Assembly (NCBI RefSeq): GCF_009914755.1
Contig: NC_060943.1
DNA length: 64,000 nt
From: the human T2T-CHM13v2.0 reference genome, Homo sapiens
Strand: one strand, 5' to 3'
In this document: piece by piece, positions 39,701-51,543 of the stretch
Numbering within the stretch: the stretch's first letter is position 1
Layout: each line of letters starts with the position of its first letter
The notes under the pieces: generated by a model
The model's input: only the letters and a program-made list of their open reading frames with translations
Told to the model about the DNA's origin: nothing
Database searches by the model: none
Position numbers and translations under genes: made by a program

Positions 39701-42700
39701 CCCTGTGCGGACCTTATGAAAAAACTGTTTCCAAACTGCTCCATCAAAAGAAAGTTTCAATAGGTGAGATGAATGCACACATCACAAAGAAGTTTCTCAG
39801 AATGCTTCTGACTAGTTTTTATATGAAGATATTTCCTTTATCACCATAGGCCTCAAAGCGTTCCAAATATCCATTTGCAGATTCTACAAAAAGACGGATT
39901 CCAAACTGCTGTATCAAAAGAAAGGTTCAATTCTGTGAGACAAATGCACACATCACAAAGAACTTTCTCAGAATGCTTCTGTTTAGTTTTTATATGAAGA
40001 TATTTTCTTTTTCACCACAGGCCTCAAAGCGCTTGAAATGTCCACATGCAGATTCTACAAAAAGAGGGTTTCCAACCTGCTCAATCAAAGGAAAGTTTCA
40101 AATCTGTGAGATGAATGAACACATCACAAAGCAGTTCTCGGAATGTTTCTGTTTGGTTTTTATGTGAAGATGTTTCCTTTTTCACCATAGGTCTTCAACC
40201 AGTCACAAATATCCCTCTCCAGATACTACAAAAAACTGTTTCCCAAGTTCTCCATTGTAAGAAAGTTCAACTCCGTGAAATGAATGCACACATCACAAAA
40301 AAGTTTCTCAGAAATCTTCTGTCTAGTTTTTATGTGAATATATCTCCTTTTTCACCATAGGCCTCAAAGCTCACCAAATATCCATTTTCAGATTCCACAA
40401 AAGCATGTCTCCAACCTGCTCAATAGAAAGAAAGGTTCAACTCTGTGAGAGGAATTCACACATCAAAAAGAACTTTCTCAGAATGCTTCTGTTTAGTTTT
40501 TATGTGAAGATACTTCCTTTTTCACCACAGGCCTTAAAGCGCTCAAAATGTCTATATGCAGATTCTACAAAAAGAGGGTTTCCAACCTGCTCAATCAAAG
40601 GAAAGGTTCAAATCTGTGAGATGAATGAACACATCAGAAAGCAGTTCTCAGAATATTTCTGTCTGGTTTTTATGTGAAGATATTTCCTTTTTCACCATGG
40701 GTATTCAACCGGTCGCAAATATCCCTCTCCAGATACTACAAAAAGACTGTTTCCCAAGTTCTCCATCAAAAGAAAGTTCAACTCCATGAAATGAATGCAC
40801 ACTTCAGAAAGAAGTTTCTCAGAATGCTTCTGTCTAGTTTTTATGTAAAGATATTTCCTTTTTCACCATAGGCCTCAAAGTGCTCCAAATATCCATTTGC
40901 AGATTCTACAAAAGACTGTTTCCAAACTGCTCAATCAAAAGAAAGTTTCACCTCTGTGAGATGAAGGCATACATCACAAAGTAGTTTCTCAGAAAGCTTC
41001 TGTCTAGTTTTCATGTGAAGATATTTCCTCTTTCACCATAGGCCATAAAGTGCTCACAAATATCCCTGCTCAGATTCTATGAAAAGACTGTTTACAAACT
41101 GTTCAATCAAAAGAAAGGTTCAACACTGTGATGTGAATGCACACATCACAAAGAAGTTTCTCAGAATCATTCTGTCTAGTTTTTATATGAAGATATTTCT
41201 ATCTCACCACAGGCCCCAAACTGCTCAGAAATATCCATTTGCAGATTGTAAAAAAAGTCTGTTTCCAAACTTCTCAATCAAAATAAAGTTTCAACTCTGT
41301 GAGAAGAATGCAGGCATCATAAACAAGTTTCTCAGAATGCTTCTGTCTAGTTTTATGTGAAGTTATTTCCTTTTTCACCATAGGCCTTAAACCGGTGAAA
41401 ATTATCCCTCTGTAGATACTACAGAAAGACTGTTTCCAAACTGCTCAATCAAAAGAAAGATTCAACTCTGTGAGATTAAAGCACACATAACAAAGAAGTT
41501 TCTCAGAAAGCTTCTGTCTAGTTTTTATGTGAAGATATTTCCTATTTTACTATATGACTCAAATGGCTCAGATATATCCCTTTGCAGATTCTACAAAAGG
41601 ACTGTTTCCAAACTGCTCATACAAAAGAAAGGTTCTACTCTGTGACATGAATGAACACATTACAAAGACGTTTCTCAGAATTCTTCTGTGTATTTTTTAT
41701 GTGAAGATATTTCCTTTTTCACCATAGGCCTCAAACCACTTACAAATATCCCTCTGCAGATACTACAAAAAGACTATTTCCAAACTGCTCAATCAAAAGA
41801 AATGATCAACTCTGTGAGATGAATGCACACGTCAAAAAGAAGTTTCTCAGAATGCTTCTGTCTAGTTTTAATGTGAAGATATTTCCTTTTTCATCACAGG
41901 CCTCAAAGTGCTGCAAATATCCATTTGCAGAATCTACAAAAAGACTGTATCCAAACTGCTCAATCAAAATTAAGTTTTAACTCCATGAGTTTAAATCCAA
42001 CATCAGAAAGAAGTTTCTCAGAAAGCTTCTTTCTACTTTTTATGTGAAGATATTTCCTATTTCACCATAGGCCTCAAACAGCTCACAAATATCCCTTTTC
42101 AGATTCTTCAATAAAATTCTTTCTGAACTTCTCAATGAAAAGAAATGTTCAACTCTGTGATTTGAATGCACATATAAAAAGAAATTTCTCAGAATGCTTC
42201 TGTCTAGTTTTTATTTGAAGATATTTCTTTTTCACCATAGCCCTCAAACCGCTCAGAAATATCCCTTTGCAGATTGTACAAAAAGACTGATTCAAACTGC
42301 TCAATCAAAAGAAATTTTCAACTCTGTGAGATGAATGCCAACCTCACAAAGAGGTTTCTCAAAAAGCTTCTGTCTAGTTTTTATGTGAAGATATTTCCTT
42401 TTTCACCATTGGACTCAAAGCGCTCCAAATATCCATTTGCAAACTCTACGAAAAGACTGTTTCCAAACTGCTCAATCAAAATAAAGGTTCAACGCTGTGA
42501 AATGAATGCAAGCATCACAAAGAAGTTTCTCAGAAAGCTTATGTTTAATTTTTATGTGAAAATATTTCCTTTTTCACCATAGGACCCACAGCACTCCAAA
42601 TATACATTTGCAGATTCTACAAAAAGACTTTTTTCAAACTGCTCAATGAAAAGAAAGCTTCAACTCTGTGAGATGAATGCACAAATCTCAAAGTAGCTTC

Positions 42701-43525
42701 TCTCAATGCTTCTGTCAGGTTTTTATGTGAATATATTTCCTTTTTCTCCATAAGCCATAGAGGGCTCACATATATGCTCTTGCAGATTCTACCAAAAACC
42801 GTTTCCGAATTGCTCAATCAAGAGGATGGTTCAACCATTTGAGATGAATGGACTCATGACAAAGAAGTTTCTCAGAATGCTTCTGTCTAGTATTTATATG
42901 AAGATATTTCTTTTTCACCATAGGCTTCAAACTGCTCAGAAATATCCCTTTGCAGATTGTACAAAAAGACTGTTTCCAAAGAGTTCAATTAAAATGAATG
43001 TTCAAAACTGTGAGATGAATGCACACAACACAAAAAAGTTTCTCAGAAAACTCCTGTTCAGTTTTTATGTGAAAATATTTCCTTTTTCACCATAGGCCTC
43101 AAATCGCTCCAAATATCCATTTGCGGATTCTACAAAAAGAGTGTTTCCAAATTGCTCAAACAAAAGAAACATTCAACGCTGTGAGATAGAAGCTCGCATC
43201 ACAAAGAGATTTCTCAGAAAAATTCGGTTTAGTTTTTATATGAAGATATTTCCTTTTTCACCATAGGACTTAATGGGCTCAGAAATATCCCTTTTCAGAT
43301 TCTACAAAAGGACTGTTTCTAAACTGCTCAATCCAAAGAAAGGTTCAACTCTTGAGAGATGAATACACACATCACAAAGAAGTTTCTCTGAATGCTTCTG
43401 TGTAGTTTTTATGTGAGGATATGTCTTTTTCACCATAGGCCTCAAACAGCTCACAAATATCCCTCTGCAGATACCATGAAAAGACTGTTTCCAAACTGCT
43501 CAATCAAAAGAAATGTTCAACTCTG
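15795..43525 (-). repeat. Monomeric divergent alpha satellite (same polarity as the HOR)
   Basis: Continuous ~171 bp monomers (aaactgctcaatcaaaagaaaggttcaactctgtgagatgaatgcacac...). No intact CENP-B boxes noticed. One ~180 bp interruption at 30139. Confidence 0.95.
30139..30317 (-). mobile_element. Short L1-mediated retrocopy / orphan 3' transduction of non-satellite sequence (contains (TA)n and an L2-like 3' remnant)
   Basis: Flanking 12 bp direct repeat caaaaagactga (30127-30138, 30318-30329). T8 tract at 30140-30147. AATAAA on the minus strand at 30163-30168, 15 nt upstream of the A tract. Confidence 0.75.
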
Positions 43526-43540
43526 AGCAGTTTTTATGTA

Positions 43541-45403
43541 TCTCAGGATACAAAATCAAGGTACAAAAATCACAAGCATTCGTATGCACCAATAACAGAC
43601 AAACAGAGAGCCAAATCATGAGTGAACTCCCATTCACAATTGCTTCAAAGATAATAAAATACTCAGGAATTCAACTTACAAGGGACATGAAGGACTTCTT
43701 CAAGGAGAACAACAAACCACTGCTCACTGAAATAAAAGCAGATACAAACAAATGGAAGAACTTTCCATGCTCATGGGTAGGAAGAATCAATATGAAAATG
43801 GCCATACTGCCCAAGGTAATTTATAGATTCAATGCCATCCCAATCAAGCTACCAATGACTTTCTTCACAGAATTGGAAAAATATACTTTAAAGTTCATAT
43901 GGAACCAAAAAAGAGCCCACATCACCAAGTCAATCCTAAGACAAAAGAACAAAGCTGGAGGCATCATGCTACCTGACTTCAAACTATACTACAAGGCTAC
44001 AGTAACCAAAACAGCATAGTACTGGTACCAAAACAGAGATATAGATCAATGGAACAGAACAGAGACCTCAGAAATAATGCCACTTATCTACAACTATCTG
44101 ATCTTTGACAAACCTGAGAAAAACAAGCAATGGGGAAATGATCACCTATTTAATAAATGGTGCTGGGAAAACTGGCTAGCCATATGGAGAAAGCTGAAGA
44201 AGGATCCCTTCCTTACACCTAAAACAAAAATTAATTCAAGATGGATTAAAGTCTTAAACATTAGACCTAAAACCATAAAAACCCTAGAAGAAAACCTAGG
44301 CATTACCATTCATGACATAGGCATGGGCAAGGACTTCATGTCTAAAACACCAAAAGCAATGGCAACAAAAGCCAAAATTGACCAACGGGATCTAATTAAA
44401 CTAAAGAGCTTCTGCACAGCAAAAGAAACTACCATCAGAGTGAACAGGCAACCTACAAAATGGAAGAAAAGTTTCACAACCTACTCATCTGACAAAGGGC
44501 TAATATCCAGAATCTACAATGAACTCAAACAAATTTACAAGAAAAAAACAAACAACCCCATCAAAAAGTGGGTGAAGGACATGAACAGACACTTCTCAAA
44601 AGAAGACATTTATGCAGCCAAAAAACACATGAAAAAATGCTCACCATCACTGGCCATCAGAGAAATGCAAATCAAAACCACAATGAGATACCATCTCAAA
44701 CCAGTCAGAATGGCGATCATTAAAAAGTCAGGAAACAACAGATGCTGGAGAGGATGTGGAGAAATAGGAACACTTTTACACTGTTGGAGGGACTGTAAAC
44801 TAGTTCAACCATTGTGGAAGTCAGTGTGGTGATTCCTCAGGGATCTAGAACCAGAAATACCATTTGACCCAGCCATCCCATTACTGGGTATATACTGAAA
44901 GGACTATAAATCATGCTGCCATAAAGAAACATGCGCACGTATGTTTATAGCGGCACTATTTACAATAGCAAAGATTTGGAACCAAACTAAATGTTCAACA
45001 ATGATTGACTGGATTAAGAAAATGTGGCACATATACACCATAGAATACTATGCAGCCATAAAAAATGATGAGTTCATGTCCTTTGTACGGACATGGATGA
45101 AATTGGAAGTCATCATTCTCAGTAAACTATCGCAAGGACAAAAAAACAAAAACTGCATATTCTCACTCATAGGTGGGAATGGAAAAATGAGAACAAATGG
45201 ACACAGGAAGGGGAACATCACACTCTGGGATGGTTGTGGGGTGGGGGGAGGGGGGATAACATTAGGAGATATACCTAATGCTAAATGGCGAGTTAATGGG
45301 TGCAGCACACCAGCATGGCACATGTATAGATATGTAACTAACCTGCACATTGTGCACATGTACCCTAAAATTTAAGTATACTAATAATAAAATAAATAAA
45401 AAA
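43541..45403 (+). mobile_element. LINE-1 3' fragment (L1PA3-like): ORF2 late-RT/C-terminal region with stops, 3'UTR and poly(A)
   Basis: Translations [35 protein letters not shown]. The 3'UTR has ttaggagatatacctaatgctaaat..gagttaatgggtgcagcacaccagc...actaacctgcacattgtg (L1PA3 pattern). A-rich tail at 45383-45403. In-frame stops at 44017 and 44830. Confidence 0.95.
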
Positions 45404-48400
45404 GAAGCATTCTGAGAAACCACTTGTGATGTGTGCATTCATCTCACAGTGTTGAACCTTTCCTTTAATTGAGCAGTTTTGAAACACTCTTTCTGTAGAA
45501 TCTGCAAGTGGATATACGGAGCGCTTTGCAGCCTCTTGTGCAAAATGAAATATCTTCATATAAAAACTACACAGAAGAATTCTGAGAAACTTCTTTGTGA
45601 TGTGCGCATTCATCTCACAGAGTTGAACCTTTCTTTTGATTCAGCAGTTTTGAAACACTCTTTTTGTACAATCTGCAAGTGTATATTGGAGCGCCTTGAG
45701 GCCTATAGTGGAAAAGGAAATATCTTCACCTAAAAACTACACAGGAACATTCTGAGAAACTTCTTTGCGATGTGTGCCTTCTTCTCACAGGGTTGAAACT
45801 TTCTTTTGTTTGAGCAGTTTGGAAACACTCTTTTTGTGGAATCTGCAAATGGATATTTGGAGCCCTTTGAGGCCTATGGTGGAAAAGGAAATATCTTCAC
45901 ATAAAAACTAGATGGTAGCATTCTGAGAAACTTCTTTGTGATGTATGCATTCAACTCACAGAGTTGAACCCATCTTTAGCTAGACCAGTTTTGAAACTCT
46001 CTTTTTGAAGAGTCTGCAAGTGGATATTGGGAGCCCTTAGCAGCCTATGGTGGAAAAGGAAATATCTTCACATAAAAATTACACAGGAGAAATCTGAGAA
46101 ACTTCTTTGTGATGTGTGCGTTCATCTCACAGAGTTGAAACATCCTTTTGATTGAGCAGCTTTGAAACACTCGTTTTGGAGAATCTGCAAGTAGATATTT
46201 GGAGCGCCTTGCCACCTATTGGGGAAAAGAATATATCTTCATATAAAACTACACAGTAGCATTCGGAGAAACCTCTTTGTGATGTGTGCATTCATCTCAC
46301 AGAGTTGAAACTTTCTTTTGATTAAGCAGTTTGAAATACTCTTATTGTAGAATCCACAAGTGGATATTTGGAGCGCTTTGAGGCCTAGGGTGGAAAAGGA
46401 AATATGTTCACATGAACACTACACAGAAGCATTCTGAGAAACTTCTTTGTGATGTGTGCATTCAACTGACAGAGTTAAACCTATCTTTTGATGGAGAAGT
46501 TTTGAAACTCCTTTTTTTAGTATCTGCAAGTGGATATTTTGACCCCTTTGTGTTCTATGGCAGAAAAGGAAATATCTTCACATAAAAACTACACAGAAGC
46601 ATTCTAAGAAAATACTTTTTGATGTGTGCATTCATCTGACAGTGTTGAGAGTTTCTTTTGTTCGAGCAGATTTGAAACACTCTTTTTTTAGAATCTCCAA
46701 GTGGATATTTGGAGCGCTTAGAGGCCTATTGAGGAAAAAGAAATATCTTCATATAAAAAGTACACAGAAGCATTATGAGCAACTACTTTGGGAAGAGTGC
46801 ATTTGTCTCACAGAGTTCAACGTTTCTTTTGATTGAGCAGTTTGGAAAAACACTTTTTGTAGAATCCGCAAGTCGATATTTGGAGCGCTTTGAGGCCTAA
46901 GGTGGAAAAGGAAATATCTTCACATAAGAACTACACAAAAGCAAGCTAAGAAACTTCTTTGTGTTGTGTGCATTCAACTCACAGAGTTGAACCTATCTTT
47001 TGATAGAGCAGTTTTGACACTCTCTTTTTGTTGTATCTGCAAGTGGATATTTGGAGCCTTTTGCGGCCTATGGTGGAAAAGGAAATTTCTTCACATAAAA
47101 ATTACACAGAAGCATTCTGAGAAACTTCTTTGGAAGGAGTGCATTCATCTCACAGAGTAGAACCTTTCTTTTGATTGAGCAGTTTTGAAACACTCTTTTT
47201 GTAGAATCTGCAAGTGGATATTTGGAGTCCTTTGAGGCCTATTGTGTAAAAGGAAATATCTTCACATACTAACTACACAGAAGCATTCTGAGAAACTTCT
47301 TTGTGATGTGTGCATTCATCTCACAGAACTGAAACTTTCTTTTGATTCATCAGCTTTGAAGCACTCTTTTTGTAGAATCTGCAAGTGGATATTTGGAGCG
47401 CTTTGAGGCCTATTGTGGAAAAGGAAATATCTTCACACAACAACTACACAGAAGCATTCTGAGAAACTTCTTTGTGATGTGTGCATTCAACTCACAGTGT
47501 TGAACCTGTCTTTTGATTCAGCAGTTTTGAAACACTCTTTTTGTAAAATCTGTAAGTGGATATTGGAGCACTTTGAGGTCTGTAGTGGAAAAGGAAATAC
47601 CTTCACCAAAAACTACACAGAAGCATTCTGAGAAACTTCTTTGTGATATGTGCATTCATCTCACAGAGTTGAACTTTTCTTTTGATTGAACAGTTTGGAA
47701 ACACCCTTTTTATAGAATCTGCAAGTGGATATTTGGAACGCTTTGAGGCCTATGGTGGAAAAGGAAATATCTTCACATGAAAACTAGACAGAAACATTAT
47801 GAGAAACTTCTTTGTGATGTGTGCATTCAACTCACAGAGTTGAACCTAAGTTTTGATAGACCAGTTTTGTAACTCTCTTTTTGAATAATCTGCAAGTGGA
47901 TATTTAGAGCCCTTAGCGGCCTATGGAGAAAAGGAAATACCTTCACATTAAAACTACACAGAAGCAATCTGAGAAACTTCTTTGTGATGTGTGCATTCAA
48001 CTCACAGTGTTGAACCTATCTTTTGATTCAGCAGCTTTGAAACATTCTTTTTGTAGAATCTGCAAGTGGATATTGGAGCTCTTTGAGGCCTATAGTGGAA
48101 AAGGAAATACCTTCACCCAAAAACTACACAGAGGCATTCTGAGAAACTTCTTTGCGATATACACATTCATCTCACAGAGTTGAACCTTTCTTTTGATTGA
48201 GCAGTTTGGAAACACCCTTTTTATAGCATCTGTCAGTGGATATCTGGGGCACTTTGAGGCCTATGGTGGAGAAGGAAATATATTAGACAGAAGAATTATG
48301 AGAAACTTCTTTTTGATGTGTGCATTCAACTCCCAGAGTTGAACCTAAGTTTTGATAGACCAGTTTTGAAACTCTCTTTTTGAATAATCTGCAAGTGGAT

Positions 48401-48519
48401 ATTTAGAGCCCTTAGCAGCCTATGGAAAAAAGGAAATATCTTCACATTAAAACTACACAGAAGCATTCTGAGAAACTTCTTTGTGATGTGTGCATTCAAC
48501 TCACATTGTTGAACGTATC

Positions 48520-50140
48520 TTTTTTTTTTTTATTATACTTGAAGTTTTAGGGTACATGTGCACAATGTGCAGGTTAGTTACATATGTATACATGTGCCAT
48601 GCTGGTGTGCTGCACCCATTGAATCGTCAGTTATCATTAGGAATATCTCCTAATGCTATCCCTCCCACCTCCCTGCACCCCACAACTGTCCCCAGAGTGT
48701 GATGTTCCCCTTCCTGTGTCCATGTGTTCTCATTGATCAATTCCCACCTATGAGAGAATATGTGGTGTTTGGTTTTTTGTTCTTGTGATAGTTTACTGAG
48801 AATGATGATTTCCAATTTCATCCATGTCCCTATAAAGGACAAGAACTCATCATTTTTTATGGCTGCATATATTCCATGGTGTATATGTGCCACATTTTCT
48901 TAATCCAGTCTATGATTGTTGGACATTTGTGTTGGTTCCAAGTCTTTGCTATTGTGAATAAGGCCACAATAAACATGCGTGTGCATGTGTCTTTATAGCA
49001 GCATGATTTATAGTCCTTTGGGTATATACCCAGTAATGGAATGGCTGGGTCAAATGGTATTTCTAGTTCTAGATCCTGAGGAATCGCCACACTGACTTCC
49101 ACAATGGTTGAACTAGTTTACAGTCCCTCCAACAGTGTAAAAGTGTTCCTATTTCTTCACATCCTCTCCAGCACCTGTTGTTTCCTGACTTTTTAATGAT
49201 TGCCATTCTAACTGGCTTGAGATGGTATCTCACTGTGGTTTTGATTTGCATTTCTCTGATAGCCAGTTATGGTGAGCATTTTTTCATGTATTTTTGGCTG
49301 CATAAATGTCTCCTTTTGAGAAGTGTCTCTTCATGTCCTTTGCTCACTTTTTCATGGGGTTGTTTTTTTTTTTCCTGTAAATTTGTTTGAGTTCATTGTA
49401 GATTCTGGATATTAGCCCTTTGTCAGGTGCTAGATTGTGAAACTTTTCTCCCATTTTGTAGGCTGCCTGTTCACGCTGATGGTAGTTTCTTTTGCTGTGC
49501 AGAAGCTCTTTAGTTTAATTAGATCCCTTTTGTCGTTTTGGCTTCTGTTGCCATTGCTTTTGGTGTTTAGAGATGAGTTCCTTGCCCATGCCTATGTCCT
49601 GAATGGTAATGCTTAGGATTTCTTCTAGAGTTCTTATGGTTTTAAGTCTAACATTTAAGTCTTTAATCCATCTTGAATTAATTTTTTTATAAAGTGTAAG
49701 GAAGGGATCCAGTCTCAGCTTTCTCTGTATGGCTAGCCAGTTTTCCCAGCACCATTTATTAAATAGGGAATCCTATCCCCATTGCTTGTTTTTGTCAGGT
49801 TTGTCAAAGATCAGATGGTTGTAGATATACGGCATTACTTCTGAAGGCTCTGTTCTGTTGCATTGACCTATATCTCTTTTTTTGTACCAGTAGCATGCTG
49901 TTTTAGTTTCTGTAGTCTTGTAGTATAGATTGAAGTCAGGTAGCGTGATGCCTCCAGCTTTGTTCTTTTGGCATAGGACTGACTTGGCAATGCGGACTCT
50001 TTTTTGGTGTCATATGAACTTTAAAGTATTTTTTTCCAATTGTGTGAAGAAAATCATTGGTATCTTGATGGGGATGGCATTGAATCTATAAGTTACTTGG
50101 GGCATTATGGTGATTTTCACGATATTGATGCTTCCTACCC
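48520..50140 (-). mobile_element. LINE-1 3' fragment (L1PA3-like), 5'-truncated, poly(T) at left
   Basis: T12 at 48520-48531 followed by attatactt.aagttttagggtacatgtgcacaatgtgcaggttagttac. Minus-strand translations [15 protein letters not shown] and DPAIPLLGIYPKDYK. Confidence 0.95.
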
Positions 50141-51275
50141 GTGCAGTTTTGAAACTCTCTTTTGTAGCAGCTGCAAGTGGATAGTTGGAGCCCTTTAAGG
50201 CCTATGGAGGAAAAGGAAATATCTTCACACAAAAACTGCACAAAAGCAACGTGAGAAACTTCTTTGTGATGTGTGCATTCATCTCACAGAGATGAACCCT
50301 TCTTTTGATTGAGCAGTTTAGAAACACGCTTTTTGTAGAATCTGCAAGTGGATATTTGGAATGCTTTGAGGCTTATGGTGGAAAAGAAAATATCTTCACA
50401 TAAAAACTACACAGAAGCATTCTGAGAAACTTCCTTGTGATGTGCGCATTCAACTGACAGAATTGAAGCTATCTTTTCATAGAGCAGTTTTGAAACTCCC
50501 CTTTTGTAGAATCTGCAAGTGGATATTTGGAGCCATTTGCAGCTTATGGCGTAAAAGAAAATGTCTTCACATAAAAGCTACACAGAAGCATTCTGATAAA
50601 CTTCTTTCTGATGTGTGCATTCGTCTCACAGAGTTGAAACTTTCATTTGATTAACAGTTTTGAAACAATCTTTTGGTAGAATTTGCGAGTGGATATTTGG
50701 AGCAATTTAAGTCCTATTGTGGAAAAGGAAATATCTTCACATAAAAACTACAAGGAAATATTCTGAGAAACTTCTTTGTGATGTGTGCATTCAACAAACA
50801 CAGTTCAAACTTTCTTTTGATTGAGCAGTTCAGAAAGACTCTTTTTGTAGAATCTGCAAGTGGATATTTGGAGCTCTTTGTGGCCTACTGTGGAAAAGGA
50901 AATATCTTCACATAAAAACTACCCAGAAGCATTCTGAGAAACAAATTTATGATGTGCGCATTGAACTCAAAGAGTTGAACCTATCTTTTGATTGAGCAGT
51001 TTTCAATCTCTCTTTCTGTAGAATCTGCAAGTGGATATTTGGAGCCCTTTTCAGCCTATTTTGGAAAAGGAAATATCTTCACATAAAAACTACACAGAAG
51101 CATTCTGAGAAACTTCCTTGTGATGTATGCATTCATCAAACACAGTTCAAACTTTCTTTTGATTGAGCAGTTTGGAAAGACTCTTTTTGCAGAATCTGCA
51201 AGTGGATATTTGGAGCGCTTTGTGGCGTATTGTGGAAAAGGAAATATCTTCACATAAAAACTACCCAGAAGCATT

Positions 51276-51543
51276 AGGTATATCTCCCAATGCTATCCCT
51301 CCCCCCTCCCCCGACCCCACCACAGTCCCCAGAGTGTGATATTCCCCTTCCTGGTTCCATGTGATCTCATTGTTCAATTCCCACCTATGAGTGAGAATAT
51401 GATGCTAGATGACACATTAGTGGGTGCAGCGCACCAGCATGGCACATGTATACATATGTAACTAACCTGCAAAATGTGCACATGTACCCTAAAACTTAGA
51501 GTATAATAAAAAAAAAAATAAAAAAAAAAATAAAAAAAAAAAA
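51276..51543 (+). mobile_element. L1HS-Ta, very short, 5'-inverted (twin-primed) insertion with TSD
   Basis: Inverted 3'UTR part at 51276-51401 and sense part at 51402-51507. Diagnostic ACA at 51414-51416 and G at 51499. Poly(A) of ~36 nt. TSD aaaaactacccagaagcatt at 51256-51275 and ~51539-51558. Confidence 0.93.

Noticed and set aside
43513-45375. 168, 251 and 144 aa ORFs as a novel RT-associated operon
   Set aside because: They are consecutive pieces of one L1 ORF2 broken by stops, with read-through into the 3'UTR.
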